Shown: positions 12,723 through 26,365 of the stretch, piece by piece
Numbering within the stretch: position 1 is the first letter of the stretch
How the letters are laid out: every line of letters starts with the position of its first letter
Program-made: the position numbers and the translations under genes
Origin: Octopus vulgaris
Taxonomy: Eukaryota
Assembly (NCBI GenBank): GCA_951406725.2
Contig: OX597819.1
Coordinates: 49,352,001 to 49,416,000, forward strand
Length of the DNA: 64,000 nt
Direction: 5' to 3'
Notes under the pieces: generated by a model
The model's input: only the letters and a program-made list of their open reading frames with translations
What the model was told of the DNA's origin: nothing
The model's database searches: none

Positions 12723-13171
12723 ATATATAAATATACATATATATATATATATATATATACGAGTAAACACATAAATGTGAAACAAGGTGGAAAAAGAGTA
12801 TCAAACATGGTAGAGTAAATGCTTTATTTTAAGCAGCAGAAAATTCAACAAAATCTGATTGATTCTCATGACAGTTTTAGAATGGAACATATATAATTCA
12901 ATCAATAAAAGCACACCTTTAAAAGAAATGGACTTGTTTGATTGCTTTAGAAAACGGTCATTTCAGCGATAAAAAAGGTCAAAATATACATATATAAAAA
13001 ACTTATAAAAATTATAAAACGAAAAACCGGAAAAACCTTGCCGTTAATGAAGACAGTACAAATTATGCATGAAATTAACCTATGATTAATTTGTATATAT
13101 ATATATATATATATATATATTAATATATATATAGCAAACTGTCTGATATCAGTATACTTAAAATAAAGTAT

Positions 13172-13231
<60 letters not shown>

Positions 13232-13249
13232 TTGAAATGAGATTGCATG

Positions 13250-13850
13250 TATAAACAACAATTGCAGCAACGTGTCCGACAAAGCTATCAACACCAAACA
13301 GTTCCTCAGAGACCTAACCCAAAATGGCTACCCACCATCTTTAGCCAAACAACAGCGCCTAAAGAACATCAAGGTCAATAAACCCCGGAAGAACCATCAT
13401 ACTCCCAAGTCCAGCATGTCCTTCCTAAAGCTACCACACTTTGATGACAGAACTACTGTAGTGATACAACATACAGTCCACAGGGAAGGACTCGACATAC
13501 AGATAGTGCACGCTGGCCCTTCCCTGACAAAAGCTCTGTCCAAGAACAACACCTCTCATTACTCCAAGGAGTGCACATTATTGAACCTCTACATCAATGA
13601 CCCTGAATTGTGCCAGAAGGCCTATGTTGTATATGAGATAATCTGTGGCAAATGTTGCACATCTTACATAGGAAGCACAAGAAAACTGCATATATGCATT
13701 AAAGAACACATGTTGTATATGAGATAATCTGTAGCAAATGTTGCTCATCTTACATAGGAAGCACAACAAGAAAACTGTATATATGCATTAAAGAACACAT
13801 ATAAGCAGATACTTCTGTGAAGAAACATCTATGGAAATACCAGACCTGGG
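13250..13850 (+). mobile_element. Penelope-like element fragment: RT thumb + GIY-YIG endonuclease (decayed)
   Basis: ORF 13272-13727: LTQNGYP...FLKLPHF...VVYEIICGKCCTSYIGSTRKLHICIKEH, the PLE L..NGYP and VVY.I.C..C...YIG.T.R.L..R..EH motifs. Confidence 0.9.
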
Positions 13851-14079
13851 AAATCAAGGCAACACAGCCGAACAGAGGCAACCTTAGAATCTCATACACC
13901 AAAACTTATTAGCCAAGTGCCAAAATTTGAAACCCATATAAATCTCAAATTTTGACAATTCATGCAAATATCAAAGCTATACTAGCATGGACAAACAATA
14001 GAGAAAGTATTCATACATATGTGTATGTGAGAGACAGAGAGAGAAAGAAGGATGAGGGAGAAAAGGAGTGATATATTAA

Positions 14080-14286
14080 CCCTTTTGATACCAACCTGGC
14101 TGAAACTGCCTATGGCTCTGTAGTACAAATGTCTTGCTTCTAAAGGCTCTGAATTAAAATTTAGTCAAAATTTGTTCCTAACACTAGCTTAATGATAACT
14201 AAGTTATTTTACTAAGTTCTTTGTTATATTTAAAATTAATTGAAAGAAGCACAGATCATCCCAAAATAAACACAGTAACTAAAAGG
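14080..14286. mobile_element. piggyBac-type MITE
   Basis: TTAA|CCCTTTTG...AAAAGG|TTAA; homologous to 29104-29324. Confidence 0.85.
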
Positions 14287-14418
14287 TTAAGCAACAACAA
14301 AGCTATCATAAGATTAAGAAAACAGGCAAAAATCATGAATCTGCATATAAATGCAATGTTACATATAGACATGTGTTAATAACCAATATGCACACCCATG
14401 TACACACACACGCACATA

Positions 14419-14484
<66 letters not shown>

Positions 14485-14689
14485 ATTATATGTCTCTGTA
14501 CACACAAATGTGTTACACAGTTTAAATGTTTTGAAGAAACAAACAAAACTATTTTCCATATGGGAAATAACATATTGTCTCTAAAGCTACTTTCATTTCT
14601 AATGCCAAATGGAGTTTACCAATTTATATTGAAACACAATTTGCTAAATCGCATTCCTATGAGACGGTGTAATTTTATGCCATATCCTT

Positions 14690-14716
14690 TTACACTCACA
14701 CACACATGCATAAATG

Positions 14717-14747
<31 letters not shown>

Positions 14748-15092
14748 GCATTCATACATACATACACACAGACACAAATAAATACATACATATATGCATA
14801 CATATATATACACACATACATAAATATATACATGCACACATTAACATATATAAACGCTTGTGTATGTATGCATTCATACATGCATACATACACACACACA
14901 CACACACAAACATAAATACATATATATATGCATGCATACATCCATACATATGTGTACATACATGCATACATATACATACATACATGCATGCATGCATTCA
15001 TACATACATACATACATACATACATACATACATACATACATACATACATACATACATACATACATACATACATACATACATACATACATACA

Positions 15093-15122
<30 letters not shown>
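14690..15122. repeat. (TACA)n microsatellite, pure from ~15000
   Basis: Directly visible. Confidence 0.95.
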
Positions 15123-15124
<2 letters not shown>

Positions 15125-15564
15125 ATATTATATTACATGAGAAATACAAACAAAAGCCCCTGGAAAGTAATGAATTCTATCAGTTCTTCTTTCTATCAAT
15201 AAAATTTCTAAATTAAGATTCTCAAGATCTTATTATTCAATATGGTACACTTTAAATACCATAAACGAATATTTTGGTCTATTTAACAATAGTAATTGTC
15301 TACTTAGCCAACTGTTCGATTGGAAGGTTTATCAAATTCATTTATGATTTATAGTTTTCAATGATACTTTTATGTATATGTATTCCTATGTAAGGCTGGG
15401 CAGGCAATTAGTTACACACTTATGCATGCAGGCAAGTAAATCTCTGCATCACATTGCACTATATTGATTAGAACCTAAATTTAGCTGCATTTCCATTCTC
15501 GTGGTCATTTTCAAATTATTTGTGAGTTAACTGAGAATAATTTTCATAAAATATTTTTCAAAAA

Positions 15565-15725
15565 TTGAACGGAAGTGTGAGGAGTCACAACGTCAAAGTT
15601 AACTAATATCAAGCTTCTTGGAGTCAACATTGAGTCAGGGTCTTATATATACCGTACTAGTACTGTGCCAGCTGAATCCTTGACATTGAATTTACCTAAA
15701 CAACAGCCAGTAACAAAAGGTGAGT
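15565..15725 (+). promoter_or_regulatory. Candidate TATA promoter with a short non-coding first exon
   Basis: CGGAAGTG (ETS-like, 15570), GAGTCA x2 and TGAGTCA (AP-1, 15631), TATATATA (15644), then AAG|GTGAGT donor at 15719/15720, in repeat-free sequence; motif evidence only. Confidence 0.4.
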
Positions 15726-16554
15726 AAGAAAAACTACAAGTCTACCCAGAATTGGAATTTTAATGCAATATGTAATTTGGAAGTCAGTTACTAAAAAAAC
15801 AATCAATTTCTAATATTTTCTTTTAAAATTTCCTTTTTACATCATTTGTCAAAATTCTGTCCATACTACAAGACGTTGTTTTGTCTCAGCTCAATCTTCA
15901 TCAATCAAATCCATGATCAAAGGCAATTCAGCCATGCCATTTTTTCTTTTGGAAGAGGTCAAATAGTTCTGCAAAAATTCAAGTATTTTCATGAATCTAT
16001 GAAACAGATATCTTAAAAGAAGAACAGCTTCTGTATCTCTAGCCACCCAATCATGATGTAAGAGAAATATCTATTTCTCAGTTGAGTAAACTGAACTAAG
16101 AAATGCAGTTTTCTTAGAAATCAGTCCAATTCTCATTGCACATTTTAAACTTGTTAACCAAGCTCAAAGACTTAACCACTAAATCATAGCACCCATTTTT
16201 TCCCCCTTTTAATAGAAATGCAAGTTCAAAACAGAATTGGTAAAGCACCAAACAACTTGTGGTATTTGACTACATCCTTTTATGCTCTGAGTTCAAATTC
16301 TGACAAGGTGGACTTAGCTTTTCATCTTTTCAAGGTCTACAAAAATAAGTATTAGTCAACTACTAAAATCAATATAATCAACTATCCCATAGAAGTAAGC
16401 AGTTCCTCACATCACCTCACCTAGAATCATCTCCCTCTCTCTCCTGCCTTCCTTCCCACTCTCTCTCTCTTTCCCCTGCCCTCTCTCTCTCCTGCCCTCT
16501 CTCTTTCTTTCTCTCCTATTCTCCTTTCTATTGTGGGGGCCCTTTTAGCTCTTT

Positions 16555-16768
16555 TGACTTGCAAGTTGTATGACCACCTCACTAGTGTTGGTGCCTCAGA
16601 CAAAGTACCCAGTACATTCTGTAATGCAGTCAGCATCCAAGAGTATCCAGCCATAGCAACCATACCAAAACAGAGTGATTGAAGCATGCTGCATTCCTCC
16701 AGCTCATTGGACCCTGTCAAACTTTCCGGTCCATGCCAGCAAGGAAAACAGGTATAAAGTGGTGATAC
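16555..16768 (+). mobile_element. RTE 3' UTR fragment, diverged
   Basis: TATCCAGCCATAGCAACCATACCAAAACAGA...CCATGCCAGCAAGGAAAACAG. Confidence 0.55.
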
Positions 16769-17029
16769 ATGGAAGAAAACAATTAAGATTTTGCCAACAA
16801 TATTAGAATTTCCCCTTCTTCACAACAAAGCATTTTATTTCTCTTTTGAACAGCTTATTTAGTTTAACAGTTTGTTCAACAATATATCCATAGTTCAATA
16901 AATGATCTCAGATAAAGAATAAAGAATATCAATAATGATGGAGAAGAGGAGGAGGAGGAGGAGGAGGTGGTGGTGGTGGTGGTAGAGGAGGAGGAGGAGG
17001 AGGAGGAGGAATATGAATTAAGTGCCACT

Positions 17030-17235
17030 GAGGGAATTAACTAGAAAAGGCAGAAAAATCTTCCTGAAATTAAACCTGACCATCTTGGAGAGGGAGTGAA
17101 ACACACTGAACAATGTAGTTCTTTATAAACAATGCCTGAGAAAATTGTAGCGATGGGGATGATCATGCTAGAACATTTTTAATCATAGGCCTACTGAGTT
17201 GGAGATGATTTGCAGCTTAACAACAATAACAACAC
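17030..17235 (+). repeat. Old interspersed repeat ending in (AAC)n; further diverged copies near 770, 10770(-), 21280, 40910(-), 48070(-), 51440, 56160
   Basis: Shared skeleton CTAGAAA.AGCAG.CAAA...AATGTAGTYCT...GATG.TCATG..GGAA...TGATCATAGG...GGG.TAAACAACAAC. Confidence 0.55.
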
Positions 17236-18719
17236 AGCATGAAATTCTTTACATAAACATTTCAAAGCTCAACAACAGTCTCTCGTCCTATTTTTTTTTT
17301 TTTAATTGAAGGATCAAATGGCTCAAAGTCAATCATATTGCAATAAAGGAGTTATATAAAATAAAAATGTAAACCTAATCTGTCTGAATCAAATAAATAT
17401 TTGTTCAAATCAGAAACTGTTTAGTGATTTTAGAATGTCATTTAATAATGCTATATATCAAATTCAAAGAAGAGGGATTTTTTTCTTTTCTTTCAAAGAT
17501 AAATATTAATTCATATAATAGGAATTTATTTTTAAAGAAAATTGATCTAGCAAAACAGCAACATTAGAAGAAAACATCCTACAAATAGAAGACTGCTTAT
17601 TTTCCTGAAATTGTTCTCACAAGAATCAAAGAAATATGTTAAAGAAAAGGAAATATATTGCACCAAATTCAAGATTGTAAGAGCAAAGCCAACAATTTGA
17701 TAGAAACAAATGATACAATTCTTTTTTTTTTTTGGCGGGTTATTTCTAATTTTGTAATGTGAACCCCCATTAACATAAACTTTCTCAGATCAGCTCTGAC
17801 CATTTTATTTTGTCATATACTTTTTTTTTTCAGCAAGCATCTACTTTAAATCCTCAACATATTTTCACATACTACCATTATCCCAAAAATTATTATGATG
17901 TTATTTTCAGTATGATTATTTCCACAACCCTACCCTGATCCATATCTGAATACATCTGTTAGTATCACTACAGTTATTTCAGTATTTTCAACAGTGTAAA
18001 TAGTATACTAGTACAATATTTATTGTACACTGTGAAGAAGAGGAATCTTTGAAGAAGTTCCAATGATGACAAAGGGCGTATCTAAAGCTTCAGTCCACAG
18101 AAACTTATTTTACAAATTTTGTAACTACTTTTAACAATCCAAACTGTCACAAGTATTTGGATGAGGCAAGAATACAGGTAAAGTTTGTATGCTATACTCC
18201 TGCATATAGTTTGGTGCCATTGTATCATACATAAGGAGAAATACATGAATCATAACTAGAGATATTGGTACTTACAATAACCCTTAGTTTTTTTATCACT
18301 TTTGCAACACAGTGGTAAGTGGTGCATGCAAAGGTGACCCACAATAATGCTGTGGTCAGGTGGAGTTAGCATGGGCATACTCTTATACATCTATTTAAGT
18401 GTACTCAAACTGAAATCATTCAACCATATCCTTAGAAATATTTATAGCCTTGTTCCAAAATAAGAGACCATGATCATTATTGCCACTATCACTGATGGCA
18501 ATAATTATTCCATGAATTTGTGTGAATCGGGAAAATTAGCAACATTCAGTTGAGTGCTAGATCAAACATTTCATTATCTTAAATGTTTGAATTCAATTTT
18601 GACTAAAATCAGTTTTGTCTTCCATTCCTGTTGCCAGAGTTTGTAAACTAAGTAACATAAATGTATACATATCACATCATTCAAATGGGTCTTGTACCTA
18701 GTAAAACTATGTCATACAA

Positions 18720-18930
18720 AGGCAGTGGGCAGGTAGAATCATTACCATGCTGAATAAAATACATTTCTTCTGGTTTTATGCTGTGAGCTTAAATTCTACC
18801 AAGATTGACTTTGCCTTTCATCCTTTTAGGAGTTGATGAATTAAGTACCAGTTGGGCACTGGAGTTGATGTAATTGACTTTCCCCTTCCCCAAACTTTTA
18901 AATCTTATGCCTGTAATAGAAAGAATTATT
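18720..18930 (+). mobile_element. SINE family B, diverged
   Basis: GACTTTGCCTTTCATCCTTTTAGG...AATTAAGTACCAGTTGGGCACTGG. Confidence 0.7.
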
Positions 18931-18942
18931 ATCAATTATTAT

Positions 18943-19350
18943 TAGGAGTGGCTGTGTGGTAAGTAGCTTGCTTACCAACCACATGGTTCTGGGTTCAGTC
19001 CCACTGCATGGCACCTTGGGCAAGTGTCTTCTACTATAGTCTCAGGCCAACCAAAGCCTTGTGAGTGGATTAGGTAGATGGAAACTGGAAGAAGCCCAAC
19101 GTATATATGTATGTATATATATTTGTGTGTGTGTGTGTGTGTGTCTGTGTTTGTCCCCACAACATCGCTTGACAACTGATGGTGGTGTATTTACGTCCCG
19201 TGTAACTTGGCGGTTCGGAAAAAGAGACCGATAGAATAAGTACTAGGCTTACAAAGAATAAGTCCTGGGGTCGATTTGCTCGACTAAAGGTGGTGCTCCA
19301 GCATGGCCACAGTCACATGACTGAAACAAGTAAAAGAGTAAAAGAGTAAA
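18943..19350 (+). mobile_element. SINE family A, near full length
   Basis: AGGAGTGGCTGTGTGGTAAGTAGC...GAAACAAGTAAAAGAGTAAAAGAGTAAAA. Confidence 0.9.
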
Positions 19351-20330
19351 ATTCAACTGAAAAACAAAAAAAAAATTGTATTTTTTAGGTGTCAAAATTA
19401 AAGTGTCACTTAGAAAGAGAAGTTCTGATGTCTTTGTGAAAGTGATTAATATGGAATTTATGAGACAAGGGGTATAATATTTAAGTTAAGTTCACAATTT
19501 ACAAATTGATATTTATGTTCATATTACAAAAATGTTCAAAATTTTTATATAAATGATGAATTACAGTCTTGAGTTATATTATGTTTTTCACAATTTTTTT
19601 TTTATAAACTTTGCCATTTCAGTTTTATTAAACTAACAAATGAATCATCTTTACTGCTCTGCCAACTCAATCTTAGGTTAACAAATGATGATAAATGATA
19701 ATGTTGAACATTAAATTTAAAGAACAGCAATAAAAAATGGCAGGAAGAGGGTGTGTATGTGTGTGTGAGTGTGTGTATGCAAGTGTTCATCTATATGTGC
19801 ATGAGTGTGTTGCCATAGTCAGTCGTTTTGTGTCCATTTTCCCATGCTTGCAGGAGCTGGACTGATCTTCTTCAGCCCAGCATTTTGTGCAAGGTGCTGC
19901 ACAATTGAACTAAACCCCAAATCACTTGGTTGCAAAGCAAACTTATTAACTGCACAGCTATCACTGCACCTCGTCTATTTATTAATTTAATCCCTCTATT
20001 TGATCTGGCTGATTACTTCCATGTATCATTGCTGAGTGACTGAATCTTGAAAATACAATTGGTAACAAACAAAGCTCTTATTCCTACAGTTTATGAAAAT
20101 ATTCAAATCTGTAATATATGATAAAAAAAAAACAACAAAATAATAACTGATAAACACTTATCATTAATCTTGTTAATCTTAGTAGCCTTCTGATTAATTA
20201 AAATGCTGATAGTATAAAAAGAAAATTATAATAATTATCCTAATTATCTGTTTAATGTCTGGTCGGATATACATACTAGCTTGGATGTATTAGGTCTTCT
20301 CTCAATCCTTTATCATTTCATGTGTGAGTT

Positions 20331-20363
<33 letters not shown>

Positions 20364-20409
20364 TACAAGTGTGTGTGTGTGTGTGCGTGTGAGAGAGAGA
20401 GAGAGCGAG

Positions 20410-20440
<31 letters not shown>

Positions 20441-22186
20441 GAGAGAGAGAGCAGGTGAAGGAGGGAAATTCTGTGTCAGTTTCAATGATGAGGATTCAAT
20501 TATTCAATCAACTGAATTGCTAAGTAGTTGAGCTTACACAGATATATGTACCCTTAATGCCAGCATGGGCTACCCTCTTACAAGAAGCAGGCCACATAAG
20601 ACATGGCTCATCAAAAGACAGGCTACACTCCTAAAGAATATTCAAGATAATTTTTTTCTCAGGCATGCTATTTAGAAAATTGGTGAGGTTTGCAGTTTGC
20701 CTATGATTGCCTTGACATAATTCCCAGATAGAATGACAATGATACAAAGTGTGAGTGTGTGACAAAATATATCTATAGTTTTTAGTTACTGATACAATGG
20801 AGCCAACAGCTTTCTATTTAGTTTTTCTCTACCCAATTTCACTCACAATGTATAGGTTGCCCAAAGGCTATAAAAAAGGATATTTGCCTGAGATGCTATG
20901 CAGTGGGATTGAATCTGAAACCTCATTCATTTATACTGCACTTCAAATATACTACATGTATGACATAAAAGTTCTTCAAAACATATGCAATCAACCTTTA
21001 CTCTAACTACAACTTATTAAGAGCTCATAACATTTTTTTTTCATCCAACATATAATATTTATTGTGCATAGTTATAGCTACACAAACATTTTGACTTGAA
21101 AGCAGTATTGATATTTTAGGGTGTTAATATCTGCAGTTAGCAATGCAACATCAAAACATTTAGGTTTACATCTGGAAAAAGTATATCCTACCTATTTTTG
21201 CTGGTATGTTAATGCATTTGCTGGCTCAATTTTATCAAGAAGTCTCCTCCAGTAATAGAGTCATATCACAAGGCAATAAGAGGACTGCTATATGGTCATT
21301 CAACTGCTTAGAAACAGTAGCTAACTATTCTTCAAAATGTCTTAAAAAATGAAGGAAGCATTTGATGATATAGTTCTAGATATACATAAAGCACAGAATA
21401 TTCATAGATGGAATGTCTTTAATTGTAGGTCTGCTGGAACTGGACTTACCTAGGGTAAAGCAATAATGACAAAACTATATTGTGATACTGTCTTTTAGAA
21501 ATTTTCTACTTTATCTAATCATTTCATTATATATGTAAACATTGTTTAAAATTAAAACAATTTAAAAAGGATTTATGCCAGCTGAATTCAGCTTCTAATT
21601 GAAACTATGCTATTTGTTTGACTTTGAAATGCAAACTTATCGGATGGCTGAGGAGAAAAAGGAAAATTTAATTGAGAAGACAAAGTTAATGTGGTTACGA
21701 TAAGGTCATTGAAGTTTAAGGCATCAATGAAGCAATAAAACTGAAGAATTGTTTACTTTGTGAACAGAACACAATAGATAGGTACTCAAAGTGCGTAGAA
21801 TCATTTTATGTAGGCTAATCCAGAAATGTTATTGACAGTGTTCTAAAAGCAATGAATATAACAAATTTCATGCTATTGGAATCTAAAGACCAGAGACTAC
21901 TGAGTTAATTCCCTGGAAATTGTTTGCAAGTTCATCTGTTTAACCAATCAGATCAATAGTTGTATCATCTCCTGAGACATATAAGCTTTTAGAGTTCATA
22001 GTAGATTAAAAGGTTGAGAATTTCTGTCATTATTGGCAGAAAAGTGGATCACTCATAGAAATAAGAAGCAGTTTGGTTCATATGATAATAAGACGTGACA
22101 TGTATGAATATGATAAATATGAACAGAAAAAGTAAAATATCAGACATAGTAAGAAAAATAAAGATAATCAAAGTAATATGCTAGAC

Positions 22187-22485
22187 CAGCAGTTTCTAAA
22201 CTTATTTTATCAGGGAACACCTATATGATTTTTTTCAAAAATTGCAGAAAGCATACTCTTATTTCAAGGACAATTACTATAGTAATTTTAATAAGGCATT
22301 CAATGAAATGAGATTGTTTTAAAGAGAGTATCTATTCATATGGAAAAATAACGTACAATAGCATAGTATTTAGTAAATGGGGATATTATTTGTTAACTAG
22401 AATAAATCTTTATTAAATTTCATTAAAAGATATATTTTGTAGAGCCCCAGAGCTTTTGTCATGGAGTCCACTTCAAGAAATGCTG
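22187..22485. mobile_element. Old hAT (Charlie-like) MITE
   Basis: CTAGAC|CAGCAGTTTCTAAAC ... CTTCAAGAAATGCTG imperfect TIRs; TSD not resolved. Confidence 0.4.
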
Positions 22486-24363
22486 CCCTCAGCTATTTTA
22501 TTAGCATACAGAAAGAACTAAAGTACAAATTTAACAGTGGGCTGAGAAAAATGACTGCCTCAAAAGCAATAACTGGTGGGTGAAAGAGACAATTGTAATA
22601 GTAAGAATATAATAGAAATTGATGATGAATGGTGATTAAAATGTACTGTGAACTGATAGTGGAAGGTACCCAAAGCGAAAATAGATCTTGGAGAAATTGG
22701 AAAGGATATTTAGGTTAAATTTGAAAATGGAAGTTCAATGTATGAGATGGCACAGGATTAAACTTTGTGGACGAAAGTGTGGTAAATGAATTCTTAGATA
22801 ACAGTGAAAATGATGACAATTATCAGCATGCCCACTTATAGATCTATTCCATTACCAAATCACCAAGCTAGATTTATGTCCACTTCTCTGTCTAATATTA
22901 TGTATAAACACTGGGTTACATAAATATCTAATTCTTCACCCACCTGTTTATTATTCCATAGTTCTCTACATTCATGCATTCTACTAGTAAGTCTATTAAC
23001 TATTCCTTCACCCAGCCATATATGGTGAGGATAATGAAGGAATGTTTTTGCTGTTTATTTTCTTTGCCTTAATGTTTGGCAAATCCATATGGCAAGGACA
23101 CTGAAGATAAAATGCATGCAAGTACATGTGACTCATGTTCAAATATTTGTATTTTATTGTTTTCTAAATGTGCATTTGTTATGTTAATGTCTTACTTGAG
23201 AACAGCACCTTACAGCACTTCTCATAGAATCCCTTGCCAACAAACTGGCAACATTAAAATGATTAAGATTATTTTTGAAGAGATGGATAAATAAAATGTT
23301 AAAGATGGTGTTTCTTGTTTTCATCATCAGTTTTGGCACCAATTCAAATCCTCCTCCTGTCATGATGCAATTTCAACTGTTTGAATTCTTCTCTTTTGCT
23401 CAATGTAATTTCCTTATTAGAAGCAAATTTCTATGTGTGTACACATGTTCATGATCATATGTATACATGTGCAATTACGCAAACACACAAATATATGTAT
23501 ATTGTGTACACTCATACCACAAGTTTGTGTATGAATGTGTATTTATGTGCCTGCATCTATGTGTCTGTGCTCATGTGTATGCATGTGTAGTTTATTTCAT
23601 TTGCCACAGGATTATAAACAGATTAATTTTCTAGAAGCCTGTACAAATAAGGAAAACCATTTCTAACAAAAATTTACCAAAACATCACAAGAATTTGGAA
23701 ACACTTCAAAATAAAGAAAATTGAAATTATCAATTAAATAAGTCAGATTTAAAGAAGTTGAATAGAAATTAAAATTTCTTGGGGAATGTTTGTTTTATTA
23801 GACAATTCATTATGCAAAATATTCCAGCACATTTTATTGTATAGATTATTCTGAGATAATCTTTCATCTGTCTAAATGCTAGATTTTTTAATGATTAACC
23901 TACATCTTATAAATTTTTGTTTTTAATCCTTAACCTTTATAAGGAGCAACAATTTGTTTGGTCCTTCCAGGTTCCGGAAAATATAGTATTTGTCAAATAC
24001 TAGGGTTGATTTGTTAATATTTATTAATATTTCTACAAGGTTTTCTAAATATTAATGGAATTATTATAGAAGACTAAAACTAACAATCAATTACTCCTTG
24101 ATCAAGTCTATAGTACAGAGATAGACAATATATCTAAATATATATATTCGAAATATGGATTAGAAAAACAACCGACAACTGTGTTGCTTGTCTTGTTTTC
24201 CATTTGTTTCTTTTGTTGCTTGTAAAAAAAAGCCCTTATTCCATGTCCTCATACTTTGTATAATTCATTGTTTATGTTTTGTGACATATGCATATGTATA
24301 TACGTAAACATACAAGTATGTACGTATATGTATGTATATATGCATATGATGATGATGATGATG

Positions 24364-24417
<54 letters not shown>

Positions 24418-25047
24418 TATTTCAGATAATTTTCTGAAATAGTGTTCAAAGTATGTTATAATGTTTTTAAGGCATTTAGAGAAGGTCATTTGCTTAGCTG
24501 ATATAGTTTTTGTAAAGTAGTGAACATTTGTAAAAAATGATTTTTTTTTCTCAATGTTAAAAATGCAGTAAATCTTATTCATTATGTCACTCCACCATCT
24601 TGTTTAAATCTTAGTTGCAATGTAGTATCTATAGCTAGATGGCCTTTTACACACCAACCACGTGACTAAGTGCATTGAGTGCTTTTACATGGCACCAGAA
24701 TCAGTGAGGTTGCTTTGCAACTTGCAAGACTAAAGAGACCCTACAACTGAGAAAGAGAATAAAAGAGAGAGTGATAACATTAGGTGGAGTATTTAAAGAA
24801 GTTAAAGTCTGAAGGGAAGAACAGGTATATAGTTGTGAAAGGGTGGTGGTGGTGGAGAAAGTAACAGAGGAAACAGTGATTTGGGGGGAGTTTTGGGGTG
24901 ATGGAAAGGAAAAGGATAGAGGAAAGAAAAGAATAGTATCAGGGGTTAGTGAGAAATGATGAAGGGATGGGTTGAGCAGATGGGATTCAGTACAATCTCA
25001 CATTATATAAGTGAATATGGAGAGATAAGATGGGTGAAGAAGTGCAT

Positions 25048-25104
<57 letters not shown>

Positions 25105-25527
25105 AATTTATAAGGAGTTGGAGAAGCTGAGGGGAGGAAGTCAGTGAAAGGGAGGTGATGATGTGTGGAGATGGAGGAGGAGGAGGTCAGAGAGGGGGAG
25201 ATGTGAGTGTGTTGAAGTGGCAAAAAAGCTGAGGGTCAGTGAGAGAAAGAGAAGCAAGAGGATATCATAGAAGTATGATAAGGGTAGAACAGAGTGCAAT
25301 GGAAACATCCTAATCACAATCACAGCCCATTTTAGCATTCTGTCTGACATGTTTGCACAAGTGTGCAGGTTTTCTCCCAACACTACAAGCTGCTAATTGA
25401 TGTGCTTCCTTGTATCATTTTTGTGAGGTTCAGCATTTTGAGATCACTTTTCACTGCTTCACCCAATGTCTTTCTGGGTCTTCTTCCACAAACATCATCC
25501 ACTTTGAGCACTCAGCACTTTTCGAAA

Positions 25528-25738
25528 AGGTGGAGAGCTGGCAGAATTTTTAGCATGCTGGACAAAATACCAAATGGCATTTCTTCCAGCTTTACATTCT
25601 GAGTTCAAATTCTGTCAAAGTCAAATTTACCTTTACACAATTTGGGGCCGATAAAATAAGCACTGAGGCCGATGTAACTGACCAACCCCCACTGTCCCCA
25701 AAATTTCAGTCCTTGTATCTATAATAGAAAGGATTATC
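25528..25738 (+). mobile_element. SINE family B, diverged
   Basis: AGGTGGAGAGCTGGCAGAAT...TTCTGAGTTCAAATTC...CCTTGTATCTATAATAGAAAGGATT. Confidence 0.75.
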
Positions 25739-25922
25739 AGTATGAAATACACTGCAGAGACAATGAGAGCTAGAATAGTAGTAGCACCACCACCACCACC
25801 ACCACCAAAGCAACAGTAGCAACTCTGCATACTTGCACAAAGAAGCAAATCCTCAGTGCTAAGATAGAAGTTAAAAGTTGAGAAATGCAGTATGTTACAT
25901 ACTCAACAATACTGAGTTTCTT

Positions 25923-26365
25923 ATTTCTTTATTGCCCACAAGGGTCTAAACATAGAGGGGACAAACAAGGACAGACAAAGGGATTGAATCGATTATATCA
26001 ACCCCAGTGCGTAACTGGTACTTAATTTATCGACACCAAAAGAATGAGAGGCAAAGTCGACCTTGACGGAATTTGAACTCAGACCATAACGGCAGACGAA
26101 ATACCGCTAAGCATTTCATCCGGCATGCTAATGTTTCATATTTCTTTATTGTCCACAAAGGGCTAAACATAGAGAGAACAAACAAGGACAGACAAAGGGA
26201 TTAAGTTGATTACATCGACCCCAGTGCGTAACTGGTACTTAATTTATCGAACCCGAAAGGATGAAAGGCAAAGTCAACCTCAGCAGAATTTGAACTCAGA
26301 ACATAGTGGCAGACGAAATACCACTAAGTATTTTGCCCGGCATGCTAATGTTTCAACCAGCTCAC
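25923..26365 (-). mobile_element. SINE family B dimer with one TSD pair
   Basis: Two units joined at ~26135; flanked by CTCAACAA(T/C)ACTGAGTTTCTT at 25902-25922 and 26366-26386. Confidence 0.9.

Noticed and set aside
21600-22000. Possible ancient CR1/L2 RT remnant
   Set aside because: Only scattered motif echoes with many indels; not supportable by eye
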